DNA from: Bacteroidetes bacterium OLB10
GTDB lineage: Bacteria > Bacteroidota > Bacteroidia > AKYH767-A > OLB10
NCBI GenBank assembly: GCA_001567275.1
Contig: LNBX01000025.1
Coordinates: forward strand, 77,454-141,453
Direction of reading: 5' to 3'
DNA length: 64,000 nucleotides
The notes under the pieces are model-generated. The model was not told where the DNA came from. It searched no databases and saw only the letters and a program-made list of their open reading frames with translations. Every line of letters begins with the position of its first letter. The first letter of the stretch is position 1. Of the stretch, positions 50,901 to 59,708 are shown piece by piece. A program made the translations under genes and the position numbers.

Positions 50901-51478
50901 CAGGGCTGCTGAGTTAATTTCTCTACATCGCTTTGCTGAATATTTATTTCAATAATCTGGTTCAGTTCAGTTACATGCAAAATTGCACCGAAACTTGAAG
51001 CCCATGCCATCACATCAGCAGCCGATAAGTTTTTCTGATACTGAATTCTCACGGTCAACTTTCCCGGTGCTGGGATTGCATAAGCAGGATATTCGCCAAG
51101 CATGTTTACTGCGAGTTTTTGCTCTGAAGTACGACTTGTTATCGAGCGAATTCCAAATTGCTGTAATTGTGTTTTGTTGTAATTTAATGGAATTGCACTC
51201 CAAAAAGTATTTCTTGGTATATAGTCCAGGAGTTTTATACCGGTTTGTTCCAGCAATTCCTTTTGCTGTTCAGTTGGAACAGAGTAAAACTGAATATAAC
51301 GGTAATAATATCCCTGACATATTTCCTCCTGAGACGGAATATCCGACTGTATAAATTCTGTTGTGTTTTCAGCAGGGAACTCCGGTTTTCCCGACAACAT
51401 GAGTCTGTAGTCTGATTGAGCTAATGCTGATAGACTCAAAAAACCACAAGTGATTAGAGGTAAAATTTTCTTGATCAT
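47969..51478 (-). CDS. S8 family (subtilisin-like) serine peptidase with type IX secretion C-terminal sorting domain
   Basis: 1169 aa with signal peptide, catalytic Asp/His/Ser (GTSAACPGIAG), Ig/fibronectin-like repeats and a Por_Secre_tail-like last ~80 aa (…VYTLKMTGVAQTKMFRLIKN). Confidence 0.85.
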   Translation of the reverse strand: MIKKILPLITCGFLSLSALAQSDYRLMLSGKPEFPAENTTEFIQSDIPSQEEICQGYYYRYIQFYSVPTEQQKELLEQTGIKLLDYIPRNTFWSAIPLNYNKTQLQQFGIRSITSRTSEQKLAVNMLGEYPAYAIPAPGKLTVRIQYQKNLSAADVMAWASSFGAILHVTELNQIIEINIQQSDVEKLTQQPWVFFVSLTAPPSVKDDTMGRSLHRSNAINNDLIMGRKYNGNGVAAALADDGFVGPHIDFTGRITNYATGTGQTHGDMTSGILAGAANLNPVYRGMADGVQLYVFDISGYTHILNAVANYDTIKTVVTSTSYSQGCNEYTTDTQFGDQTIHDNGQLEFVFSAGNNNGANCGYGAGGSWGNITGGYKQGKNVIAVANLDAMEVIDPSSSIGPASDGRIKPDIASNGRDQMSTDEGNTYQVGGGTSAACPGIAGITTQLIQAYKELYTDTIAPTALIKACLLNSAEDIGNPGPDFKYGWGRVNALRAVKTLEDNHFIHGSISQGDSLTFNVNVPVDVKDFRVMVYWHDQGGSPAASTYLVNDIDMTVTDPTVAVWTPWVLDATPNTTALNTPAVRGVDHLNNMEQVTLADPDAGSYTISLKGFAIPQGPQEFYIVYEYRMDDITVTYPLGREGFVPGETEVLRWDALKGLGGFTLEYSTDNGATWNNIGNVSQNTLQYQWTVPSTITSEARVRVTRGTVSGMNTEPFSIIGVPQNLHVVYGCVDSIKIAWNAVTGAAWYEVSLLGNMYMDSVGTSNTTDYVFTNLSSSNSYWFSVRAVFPDGNKGRRAIAVNKSPGIINCPNIPPLVAFSSNFSSGCVGKTFQFTDLSSSAPSSWNWSFNPNTVTFVNGTSASSQNPQVQFNATGMYDVTLIAANGIGADTTTVASMINIIPAQQPPVTEDFQTAGFPPQYWSIDSSNTSYTWTKSGNITGIYGTSTNAAFVNNYSYNGYGAEDGLITYSVSLSNAASATLTFDVAYAPYSIPGYSDTLRVDISTDCGNTFQTTGYFKGGLDLSTTGGTLNTSFYPSSATQWRRDTILLNNYLGDDVVIKFVNINGFGNRLYIDNVNIDMTTGVNNLQTASDNISIIPNPSNGIFRIQTPQGHGSYQVEVFDLSGKLVMKDIIAANQNEKLIDMRNFTDGVYTLKMTGVAQTKMFRLIKN

Positions 51479-51591
51479 TTGATTTTAAATTTTGAAGGGG
51501 TTAAAATTAAGATAACACACTAAATAAAACATCAAATATTCATATTTTTTATAGTTAAAATATGCTCTGTCAATCATCTTTCTCGTTATGA

Positions 51592-52440
51592 TTGAAACTT
51601 TCAATTATCTTTGCGCCCCCAATGAATGTTTCACGACTAAATAAGGTCATTATCAGTCTGATAGCTATAACATTGCTGTTCAGTTCCTGTAGCCGCTTCA
51701 ACCGTATTCGCAAAAGCGGTGATATGAATATGAAATACAATGCTGCGGTGAAGTATTATGAAGACAAGAAATACTACAATGCATTGCAGTTGTTTGAAGA
51801 GTTGATAGTAGTTTTCAGAGGAACAGATAAGGCAGAGGATGCTTACTATTATTACTGCCTCTGTTATTTTTATACGGGAGATTATACCAGCGCTGCTTAC
51901 CACTTCAACAATTTTGCGCAGACATTTCCTACAAGCAGCAAGGCAGAAGATGCTTTGTATTACAATGCCTATTGTTATTATCTGGACTCTGCACCCTCCA
52001 GCCTCGACCAGCAAAGCAGTACGGATGCCATACGCCAGTTTCAGCTTTTCATCAATAAATATCCCAACAGTGCCAGAGTGCCTGAATGTAACAATCTGAT
52101 TGACGAATTACGTCAGAAACTGGAAGTAAAAGCCTGGGACAATGCCATGCTTTACTACAAAATGGAAGAATACAAATCCGCTATTGTTGCATTGGGTAAT
52201 GTAATAACAGACTTTCCGACTACTAAATATCAGGAAGAATGCTTATTTTTGATGTTTAAATCGGCTTACCTTTATGCCGGAAACAGTATAGAATCTAAAA
52301 AAGAAGAACGGTATAAAAGTGCATTGGAATATTATTCCAGACTTGTAGAAACCTTTCCTCAGACAACTTATAAAAAAGAAGCCGACAGATTGTACGCTTC
52401 TATCAATGAAAAATTAAAAGATATAAAAAGTAACAATTAA
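51592..52440 (+). CDS. bamD: outer membrane protein assembly factor BamD (TPR lipoprotein)
   Basis: Lipobox LLFSSC and TPR repeats. The true start may be the internal MNVSRLNK. rpoZ-like gene immediately downstream. Confidence 0.75.
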   Translation: MKLSIIFAPPMNVSRLNKVIISLIAITLLFSSCSRFNRIRKSGDMNMKYNAAVKYYEDKKYYNALQLFEELIVVFRGTDKAEDAYYYYCLCYFYTGDYTSAAYHFNNFAQTFPTSSKAEDALYYNAYCYYLDSAPSSLDQQSSTDAIRQFQLFINKYPNSARVPECNNLIDELRQKLEVKAWDNAMLYYKMEEYKSAIVALGNVITDFPTTKYQEECLFLMFKSAYLYAGNSIESKKEERYKSALEYYSRLVETFPQTTYKKEADRLYASINEKLKDIKSNN

Positions 52441-52451
52441 TAATTTGCATA

Positions 52452-52790
52452 ATGAATACAAGAAACGTAGCTCAGTCAACAATTACACGTGATGTGGTTG
52501 ACTTCGAAAAAGGCACAGGCAACATTTACGAAAGCCTTGCTATCATAGCAAAAAGAGCTAATCATATTGCTGCAGAAACCCGCGAAGAGTTACACGATAA
52601 ACTAAGCGAATTTTCTTCTTCAACCGATACGCTTGATGAAGTATTTGAAAACCGTGAGCAAATAGAAATTTCGAAGTATTACGAGCGTTTACCGAAACCA
52701 ACTCTTGTAGCCATTCAGGATTTTCTTGACGGAAAAATTTATTTCCGCAATCCTGCTACTGAAGATACCAAGGAATCGAAAGAACTCTAA
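52452..52790 (+). CDS. rpoZ: DNA-directed RNA polymerase subunit omega (Bacteroidota long form)
   Basis: 112 aa with NIYESLAIIAKRANHIA, a core resembling the omega/Rpb6 fold. Conserved position between bamD and coaBC. Confidence 0.55.
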   Translation: MNTRNVAQSTITRDVVDFEKGTGNIYESLAIIAKRANHIAAETREELHDKLSEFSSSTDTLDEVFENREQIEISKYYERLPKPTLVAIQDFLDGKIYFRNPATEDTKESKEL

Positions 52791-52795
52791 TAACC

Positions 52796-53998
52796 ATGTT
52801 GCAGGGAAAAAAAATCCTGCTGGGAGTAACCGGTAGCATAGCTGCTTACAAAACTCCCGAACTGGTTCGCCAATTGGTGAAACAAGGTGCACAGGTAAAA
52901 GTGGTATTAACCAACTCTGCCAGTGATTTTGTTTCACCTCTTGTTTTATCTACCGTATCCAAAAACAACGTTTATCAGAGTTTTGCCAATGAAGATGCTT
53001 CGTGGAACAACCATGTGGAATTGGGTTTATGGTGCGATTTGTTTGTGATAGCTCCTGCATCAGCCAACACCATTGCCAAGATGGCCAATGGCTCCTGCGA
53101 TAATCTGCTCACTGCTATTTACCTCTCATGCCGTGCGCAGGTAATGATAGCACCTGCTATGGATGTGGATATGTTTCAGCATAGCACTACACAACAAAAC
53201 TTAAAAACTCTCAGCGAAAAAGGCATCTTGCAAATCGGTCCCGAAAAAGGTGAACTGGCAAGTGGCCTCAATGGCGAAGGAAGAATGTCGGAACCTGATA
53301 AAATTGTTGAAGAAATAATCCGCTTTTTTAATCCCTCACTGCCTCTGAAAAATAAAAAAGCAATTGTTACTGCAGGCCCTACCACCGAAGCCATTGACCC
53401 GGTACGTTTTATTGGCAACCACTCGTCAGGGAAAATGGGAATTGCTATTGCCAATATGCTACATAAGCAGGGCGCTGAAGTAACGCTGATAGTTGGTCCG
53501 GGAGTTGCTACGAGTGAAATACACAACGGAATTAAAACCATTTCGATTACATCAGCAGAAGATATGCTGAATGAATGTCAAAAAATATTTAGTGCAACTG
53601 ACATGGTAGTTCTTGCTGCTGCTGTGGCTGATTATAAGCCTGCTGAGCCGGCTCAACAAAAAATCAAGAAGAAAGGTGATGAACCTGTTTCACTCACACT
53701 GACACCAACAACAGATATTGCTGCCACACTGGGTAAACAAAAAAAGAAAGGACAAATTCTTGTGGGTTTTGCACTTGAAACCACAAACGGAGAAGCCAAT
53801 GCAGTGAAAAAATTAAAAAGCAAAAACCTTGATTTTATTGTACTGAATATGCTTGATGACGACAATAAAGTATTCGGGTCGGAGTTTAACCGTATTACCA
53901 TTATTGACAGCAACGAAAAGGTTTTTCCTTACGACAAAAAAACCAAAGAAGAAGTTGCCGCTGATATTGTAAATAAAATAATTACTTTAGTGCAATGA
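52796..53998 (+). CDS. coaBC: bifunctional phosphopantothenoylcysteine decarboxylase / phosphopantothenate--cysteine ligase
   Basis: 400 aa with an N-terminal flavoprotein domain (KILLGVTGSIAAYK) and a C-terminal CoaB domain. Confidence 0.9.
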   Translation: MLQGKKILLGVTGSIAAYKTPELVRQLVKQGAQVKVVLTNSASDFVSPLVLSTVSKNNVYQSFANEDASWNNHVELGLWCDLFVIAPASANTIAKMANGSCDNLLTAIYLSCRAQVMIAPAMDVDMFQHSTTQQNLKTLSEKGILQIGPEKGELASGLNGEGRMSEPDKIVEEIIRFFNPSLPLKNKKAIVTAGPTTEAIDPVRFIGNHSSGKMGIAIANMLHKQGAEVTLIVGPGVATSEIHNGIKTISITSAEDMLNECQKIFSATDMVVLAAAVADYKPAEPAQQKIKKKGDEPVSLTLTPTTDIAATLGKQKKKGQILVGFALETTNGEANAVKKLKSKNLDFIVLNMLDDDNKVFGSEFNRITIIDSNEKVFPYDKKTKEEVAADIVNKIITLVQ

Positions 53999-54891
53999 AG
54001 AAAACCATTGTCTTTTTATTTCTCACCATCATGGCATTGCGCCTCCACGCTCAGGAGTTGAACTGCCAAATCAATGTGATGGCACCACAAATACAAAATG
54101 TGGACAAAAAAGTTTTTGAAACTCTGCAGCAAGCCATTTTTGAGTTTATGAATAACACTAAATGGACAACTGATAAATTCCTTAATCAGGAACGCATTGA
54201 ATGTTCAGTTACCATCACAGTAAACGAGCGTGTTTCCAATGACGAATTCAAAGGAAGTATTCAGATAACTTCTCGCAGACCGATATTTAATACGTCTTAC
54301 TACTCTCCAATTCTGAATTTTAATGATGATGATTTTCAGTTCAAGTACATCGAGTATCAGCCACTGGAATTTACTGAAAACAGCAGCAATCCTAACCTAA
54401 CAGCAGTGCTTGGTTTTTATGCCTACATCATTTTGGGAATGGACTATGACAGCTTTCACCTGAATGGAGGAGCACCATTTTTTGCAAAAGCGCAAGCCCT
54501 TGTAAACAATATGCAGAATGCACGCGAAGCAGGGTGGCGTGCCTTTGAAGGAACACGCAACCGTTACTGGTTAGCCGAAAATCTTACCAACCCTGTATTT
54601 AAACCATTTCATGAGATGTTTTATCAGTATCACATCAAAGGTTTGGATGTAATGTCCAAGAAAAAAGATGATGGCTTGTCAAACATTACTGAAAGCCTTG
54701 AACTGTTAAGTGATGTGTATCGCGAAAAACCGGGATCGCTGTTATTGCAAACTTTGTTTTATGCCAAAGCAGATGAGATTGTAAATATTTTTACAGGAGC
54801 CTATCCCGATCAGAAAGTAAGAATAACCAATCTGCTGAATGAAATAGATCCGGCAAACTCAACCAAGTATGCCAAAATTATGGGTAACTGA
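53995..54891 (+). CDS. DUF4835 family secreted protein
   Basis: 298 aa with signal peptide. Conserved partner downstream of coaBC in Bacteroidota. Confidence 0.55.
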   Translation: MKKTIVFLFLTIMALRLHAQELNCQINVMAPQIQNVDKKVFETLQQAIFEFMNNTKWTTDKFLNQERIECSVTITVNERVSNDEFKGSIQITSRRPIFNTSYYSPILNFNDDDFQFKYIEYQPLEFTENSSNPNLTAVLGFYAYIILGMDYDSFHLNGGAPFFAKAQALVNNMQNAREAGWRAFEGTRNRYWLAENLTNPVFKPFHEMFYQYHIKGLDVMSKKKDDGLSNITESLELLSDVYREKPGSLLLQTLFYAKADEIVNIFTGAYPDQKVRITNLLNEIDPANSTKYAKIMGN

Positions 54892-54946
54892 TTAAACCCA
54901 ATCTGAAATTTATTTTTTACAATTTATTCAGAACAAAGAAATATTC

Positions 54947-55348
54947 TCAGTGAATATTACTGCTGTTGATTTCCTCATCTGAAGGCAATTCTACTGAATT
55001 GTCAGCATATTGCTTGGCGTAATAAAGGTATTTTCCGGTGCTGTTGCATGCATAACCCGAAATGGTATCACCCGGCAAAAGCTGCAAACGAACGAAAGTT
55101 CTCCATCTCTTTGAAGTTTCCTGAACGGCAAGTTTTACAGCAAGCGTATCATTACAATCATTCACAAACCAAACTTTATAAGGTTTGGATGATGCAGGAC
55201 ATAATTTTGTTTCAGCACCGAATTTTTTGTTGACTTTCCTGAGACAAGCAGTATAATCTTTGGCATCCTGAGGCAAATTAAATCCTGTGAGCAATAACAT
55301 TGCTGCTCCAAGAATGATGAAAGATGTCAATAGCTTTTTCATTTGCAA
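54947..55348 (-). CDS. hypothetical secreted protein
   Basis: 133 aa with an N-terminal signal peptide and four Cys. Confidence 0.45.
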   Translation of the reverse strand: MQMKKLLTSFIILGAAMLLLTGFNLPQDAKDYTACLRKVNKKFGAETKLCPASSKPYKVWFVNDCNDTLAVKLAVQETSKRWRTFVRLQLLPGDTISGYACNSTGKYLYYAKQYADNSVELPSDEEINSSNIH

Positions 55349-55905
55349 TAATTATTTTTCAGGATAATTTTAGCTTCTTCATTCCCCAACTTTTTCGATT
55401 TGTTCCAGTCTTCGCATGCACCTGTTTTGTCTCCCAGCATTTTCTTCGAAAATCCTCTGTTGTTATAAGCTTCTGCATCGTCAGGCTTGAGTTTTAAAGC
55501 TACATTAAAATCATCCATCGCTTTTTCGTACTGCTCCAGTTTATTATATGCACTGCCCCGCGAAACATAAGCCCATTCATGCTCAGGCTGTAAGGCAATT
55601 ACGCTACTGAAATCAGTAACAGCTTCATTATAGTTCTTGAGAATAGCATTGCAAAATCCACATTGCAGTAATGCATTTACATGAGATGCATCCAGTTTCA
55701 CAACGGCTCTGAAATCATTCAATGCTTCTTCAAATTTTCCGTTGTTGAATTTTATTCTTCCCTGATTAAACAATGAATCCGTCACTCCTTTGAGCTGCTC
55801 AGATTTAGTCTGGCCATTTACTGCAAAAGAGGTAGCCATTGTTAAAATCAGGAGTAAGATTCTCTGTTTATTCAAAAGGTTCATTGCTTTGATAATTTTT
55901 TTCAT
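55339..55905 (-). CDS. secreted tetratricopeptide-repeat protein
   Basis: 188 aa with signal peptide and about 4 TPR units (…AYNNRG…). Confidence 0.65.
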   Translation of the reverse strand: MKKIIKAMNLLNKQRILLLILTMATSFAVNGQTKSEQLKGVTDSLFNQGRIKFNNGKFEEALNDFRAVVKLDASHVNALLQCGFCNAILKNYNEAVTDFSSVIALQPEHEWAYVSRGSAYNKLEQYEKAMDDFNVALKLKPDDAEAYNNRGFSKKMLGDKTGACEDWNKSKKLGNEEAKIILKNNYCK

Positions 55906-56359
55906 TTACTAACCGAATCATGTGTTTAAATGCTTTGACCAAACCATCGGTAGTTTTCTGAGAATAAGAAACCGGAAAACTGATGCGGCCATAAAACAAC
56001 CGTTTGCCTAAGAATTCGCGTGTAACGCATTTTTTCTGCGGATTGGCACATCCTACTATCAGCATTTTCGTTTTTGAATTGTAATAAACTCTGGCAGTAT
56101 CCAAATCTTTTATGCTTGCCTGATCTTCGCGATATTTCTCACTTCCGTCAAAATAAGAGGCTATTACAACTCCATAATTAATAGAAATCACATACTTACC
56201 ACCGAATTTTTCATTCATATAATCCAACGTCTGCTGCATGGTAATATTTTCCTGTGCCATTGAAAAGTTGGATACCATGGAAAACAAAAACAAGAAAAAT
56301 AATATAGCCCTGCTTTTCAGGCAGAACCCTTTTTTAAATAATTCGTATAAAGTGTTCAT
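55868..56359 (-). CDS. hypothetical secreted protein
   Basis: 163 aa with signal peptide. First gene of a three-gene minus-strand cluster. Confidence 0.45.
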   Translation of the reverse strand: MNTLYELFKKGFCLKSRAILFFLFLFSMVSNFSMAQENITMQQTLDYMNEKFGGKYVISINYGVVIASYFDGSEKYREDQASIKDLDTARVYYNSKTKMLIVGCANPQKKCVTREFLGKRLFYGRISFPVSYSQKTTDGLVKAFKHMIRLVNEKNYQSNEPFE

Positions 56360-56444
56360 TCTTTCGCAATACCTTCTTAATAGCTTTTGTCAAATAACTA
56401 ATTTTGTAACCGGTTTGAGCGTTTTTAACGGAATAAAATTACAA

Positions 56445-57677
56445 ATGTTTACCAAAATAAAGTTTGGTTTTCAGCAAATACTGATTTTGCTTCTTCTGTT
56501 TTTCACATTTAGCTCGATTATCAGCGAAGCTCAGACTAAAAAAACAATTACTATTAACGCAAAATTTAAAATTGACGGAGGAGGAAGCCTTTCTGATGCC
56601 TATATGGTTTTGCAGCGCGATGGTCAGGATATTGAAACGCTTCCGGGTCAGTCATCCTATACACTGAATCTCGAAATAGGAGCAGATTATATTCTTTCAT
56701 TTAACAAACCCGGATATATCAACAAGAAAATTAATATCAATACACGGGTAGATGATGAAGAAAGAGTGGAACAGGGTTTTGAATCGTATCCTTTCACTGT
56801 GGTTCTGATTAAACAATACGAAGGAGTAAATATTGTAGTCTTTAATCAACCTGTTGCCAAGATTACTTATTCCAAAAAGTATGACGATTTTGATTACGAC
56901 ACGGATTATACCAAGTCCATTCAGTCGGCAATTCAAAAAGCAGAAGAAGAGTTAAAACGCGCTGAAAAAGAATTTAAGAAAAATCCTCCTAAACCTGCTG
57001 TTGACAGTACACTTGCAAAAAACAAAACCAAACAACCGGAAGAAAATTCTAAACCAAAGCAAACTGTCAAACCACAGGAAAACGTTAATCCTAAAACTGT
57101 TGCTGATAAAACTGCAGAAAACAAAACAACCGATAAAAGTGTACCGGAAGTTCCCGTAACCGAAGATAGAAAAGAAACTCCCAAAAAGCAGGCACAGGCT
57201 GCAGGTGGAGAAGATGTGTCCAACAAAGCAACAGGTGCAAGCGGCATGGATGAACCTGAAACAACTCTTAATACCAATAAGGGGCAAGACGAAAAAGAAC
57301 CCATTGTGCCTGAACAAGGACAGGATGCCATAAAAGGAAAAATTGGTAAAAAAGGTGGTGAAGATGTACCTCCTGTTACCGAAGTAAAAAAGAATGATCC
57401 CGCTGTAATTATTAAAACCGAAAAAACAGTTGAGAATAAGAAAGCTGTGCAACCAATGGTTGTTTCTCAGCCTCCCGAAAATGTTTCCATTACCAGAGAG
57501 ACTATCAGTGAAGATAAACGCACTGTTTATAATGTCCTGGTTACACAGGGTGACAAGACAGCATTATTCAGCAAGGTGGTTTACAGTTGGGGCGGAGTTT
57601 TTTATTTCCGCGATTCAAAAATTTCTATCAGCGAAAACATGTATAAACTGGCTGATGCAGGTTATGTGAAATTTTAA
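56445..57677 (+). CDS. hypothetical secreted protein with Lys/Pro/Glu-rich low-complexity central region
   Basis: Start moved to MFTKIKFGF… (signal peptide). The earlier ATG would overlap the divergent gene. Structured N- and C-terminal domains flank ~150 aa of KPKQ/EE-rich linker. Confidence 0.5.
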   Translation: MFTKIKFGFQQILILLLLFFTFSSIISEAQTKKTITINAKFKIDGGGSLSDAYMVLQRDGQDIETLPGQSSYTLNLEIGADYILSFNKPGYINKKININTRVDDEERVEQGFESYPFTVVLIKQYEGVNIVVFNQPVAKITYSKKYDDFDYDTDYTKSIQSAIQKAEEELKRAEKEFKKNPPKPAVDSTLAKNKTKQPEENSKPKQTVKPQENVNPKTVADKTAENKTTDKSVPEVPVTEDRKETPKKQAQAAGGEDVSNKATGASGMDEPETTLNTNKGQDEKEPIVPEQGQDAIKGKIGKKGGEDVPPVTEVKKNDPAVIIKTEKTVENKKAVQPMVVSQPPENVSITRETISEDKRTVYNVLVTQGDKTALFSKVVYSWGGVFYFRDSKISISENMYKLADAGYVKF

Positions 57678-57998
57678 CCCTTCTGCTTTTTCCTGAAACC
57701 CTACATAACCGCTTTTCGTAAGATGCTGTTATTACACCAACATTTTTTAATAACCATTTACACCAAAGAAATCATGGTAAACAATTTTTTCTACATGAAC
57801 AGTTTTGTTCCAAAAACAGAAGAACAAATCAATCTTCTGAAAAACATTAAAGCCATCAAATTAAAACAAGGTATTACGAGTAAAGAAAATATTCTCCGCT
57901 CGCTCGCCAAAACTCAAAACTTCACGCGCTCTGTTTTTCCTGAAGGGTGGACGTTTGAATAATTCGTTATTCAGAAAAGCTATAAGTTGAACCGGTAA

Positions 57999-58523
57999 TT
58001 ATTCCATTGTTTTCAGTGGGAGTTTTCTTTTTAACTGCTCCACCACATTATATACAATGGGACACATTTTGTAATTGTGAATGGTACTCCTGTTACGGTA
58101 AATAAAATTCGGACGCGACAGATGCGGGTATTCTCTGCAAGATTCGGGTCTGATGGAATATATAGTGCATTTTTTATCTGCTAAAAATTTACATGGACGA
58201 AATTTCATTACTCCATAATTTTCAGTTTCATTATAGTCGAGATAATTTTCTATGAATTGCTTTGCAGATATTTTCTTATCAGCTGCAATGTTTTCTATTT
58301 CATTATCTGTAAAAGCAGGATTCAGTTTATTGCAGCAATTAGCACATGCTATACAGTCAATAGCAGCAGAAACTTCGGAGTTCAGCTGATGCACAACTGA
58401 GTCTATCTGATGTGAGCGGTATTCCTTTTTAAGATTCAGCAGAAAGTCACGTGTTTCATCTTCCTTCATCCGTGCTTCTTTCTCCACTATTTGTGGATCA
58501 TGAACCAATGGAACATTCTCCAT
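57999..58523 (-). CDS. YkgJ family cysteine-cluster protein (CxxCxxCC Zn/Fe-chelating domain)
   Basis: 174 aa with the Cys clusters IDCIACANCCNK and RPCKF…KKCTIYSIRPESCREYP. Confidence 0.65.
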   Translation of the reverse strand: MENVPLVHDPQIVEKEARMKEDETRDFLLNLKKEYRSHQIDSVVHQLNSEVSAAIDCIACANCCNKLNPAFTDNEIENIAADKKISAKQFIENYLDYNETENYGVMKFRPCKFLADKKCTIYSIRPESCREYPHLSRPNFIYRNRSTIHNYKMCPIVYNVVEQLKRKLPLKTME

Positions 58524-58532
58524 TTAGCAAAA

Positions 58533-59678
58533 TCAATGTTTCACTTCAACATTTACTGCAAAAAGCTCTTTGAGTTTCTCTACACAATAATCAACCTCCT
58601 CTTTGGTATTATATCGTGAAAAAGAAAAACGAACTGCAGGTCTTTCAGGATCGGCATGAATACCTGCCAACACATGAGAACCTATTTCGCTCCCTGATGA
58701 ACATGCACTGCCACCTGAAGCTGCAATGCCTGCAATATCAAGATTGAAAAGTATCATTTCTTTTCCCTGATGTGGTGGTAATGACACATTCAAAACTGTA
58801 TAGAGGCTGTTATCACCTGTGTTGCCATTAAATTTTGTACCGGGAATTTCCTCTGTGATTTTTTTAATCATGTATTTTTTTAGTCCCGTAATATGTTTTT
58901 TGTCTTCCTCCATTTCATGGTATGCAAGTTCAAGTGCCTTTGCAAGACCAATGATGCCATAAGCATTCTCTGTGCCGCCACGCATATTTCTTTCCTGTGC
59001 TCCTCCGGTTATTAACGGAGAAATTTTTAAACGGTTGCTGATATAAATAAATCCAACTCCTTTGGGCCCATGAAATTTATGTGCTGCACATGAAATAAAA
59101 TCTACATGTGTTTTAATAAGGTCGTGAGGAAAATGACCAATTGCCTGAACAGTATCACAATGAAAAATGGCGTTGTACTGTTTGCATAACTCTCCTATAC
59201 GGTCAATATCATTAAGTGTACCTAATTCATTATTGGCATGCATGAGCGAAACCAATGAACGGGGATTGTTCTTAAGCAATTCTTCTAGATGATTATAATC
59301 TACTTCGCCCTGAGGACTGAGTTTAACCCAACTTACTTTCAGTACACCTTTGTGCTCCAGATCTTCCAGTGTATGTGTAACTGCATGGTGTTCGATACGC
59401 GAAGAAATTGCATGCGTAATTTTATGGTCATTCACTGAACATCTGATGGCCATATTATTGGACTCTGTACCTCCTGATGTAAAGAAAATTTCTGCAGGAG
59501 AAACCTTCAGCAGCTTTGCCACCGTTTTACGTGCACCCTCGATTGCCGACCTCATTTCTCTGCCAAAAGAATGAATAGATGATGGATTGCCATACTGGTT
59601 TTGCATTACCTGCAGCATGGCATCAATTACTTCCTGCCTTAATGGTGTGGTGGCAGCATTGTCAAAGTAAACTTTCAT
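58533..59678 (-). CDS. cysteine desulfurase (class V aminotransferase, NifS/IscS-like)
   Basis: 381 aa with the PLP-Lys region SCAAHKFHGPKGVG and active-site Cys SSGSACSSGS. Confidence 0.85.
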   Translation of the reverse strand: MKVYFDNAATTPLRQEVIDAMLQVMQNQYGNPSSIHSFGREMRSAIEGARKTVAKLLKVSPAEIFFTSGGTESNNMAIRCSVNDHKITHAISSRIEHHAVTHTLEDLEHKGVLKVSWVKLSPQGEVDYNHLEELLKNNPRSLVSLMHANNELGTLNDIDRIGELCKQYNAIFHCDTVQAIGHFPHDLIKTHVDFISCAAHKFHGPKGVGFIYISNRLKISPLITGGAQERNMRGGTENAYGIIGLAKALELAYHEMEEDKKHITGLKKYMIKKITEEIPGTKFNGNTGDNSLYTVLNVSLPPHQGKEMILFNLDIAGIAASGGSACSSGSEIGSHVLAGIHADPERPAVRFSFSRYNTKEEVDYCVEKLKELFAVNVEVKH

Positions 59679-59708
59679 TGTAATTTGATTCGTTAGGATA
59701 AAGAGACA

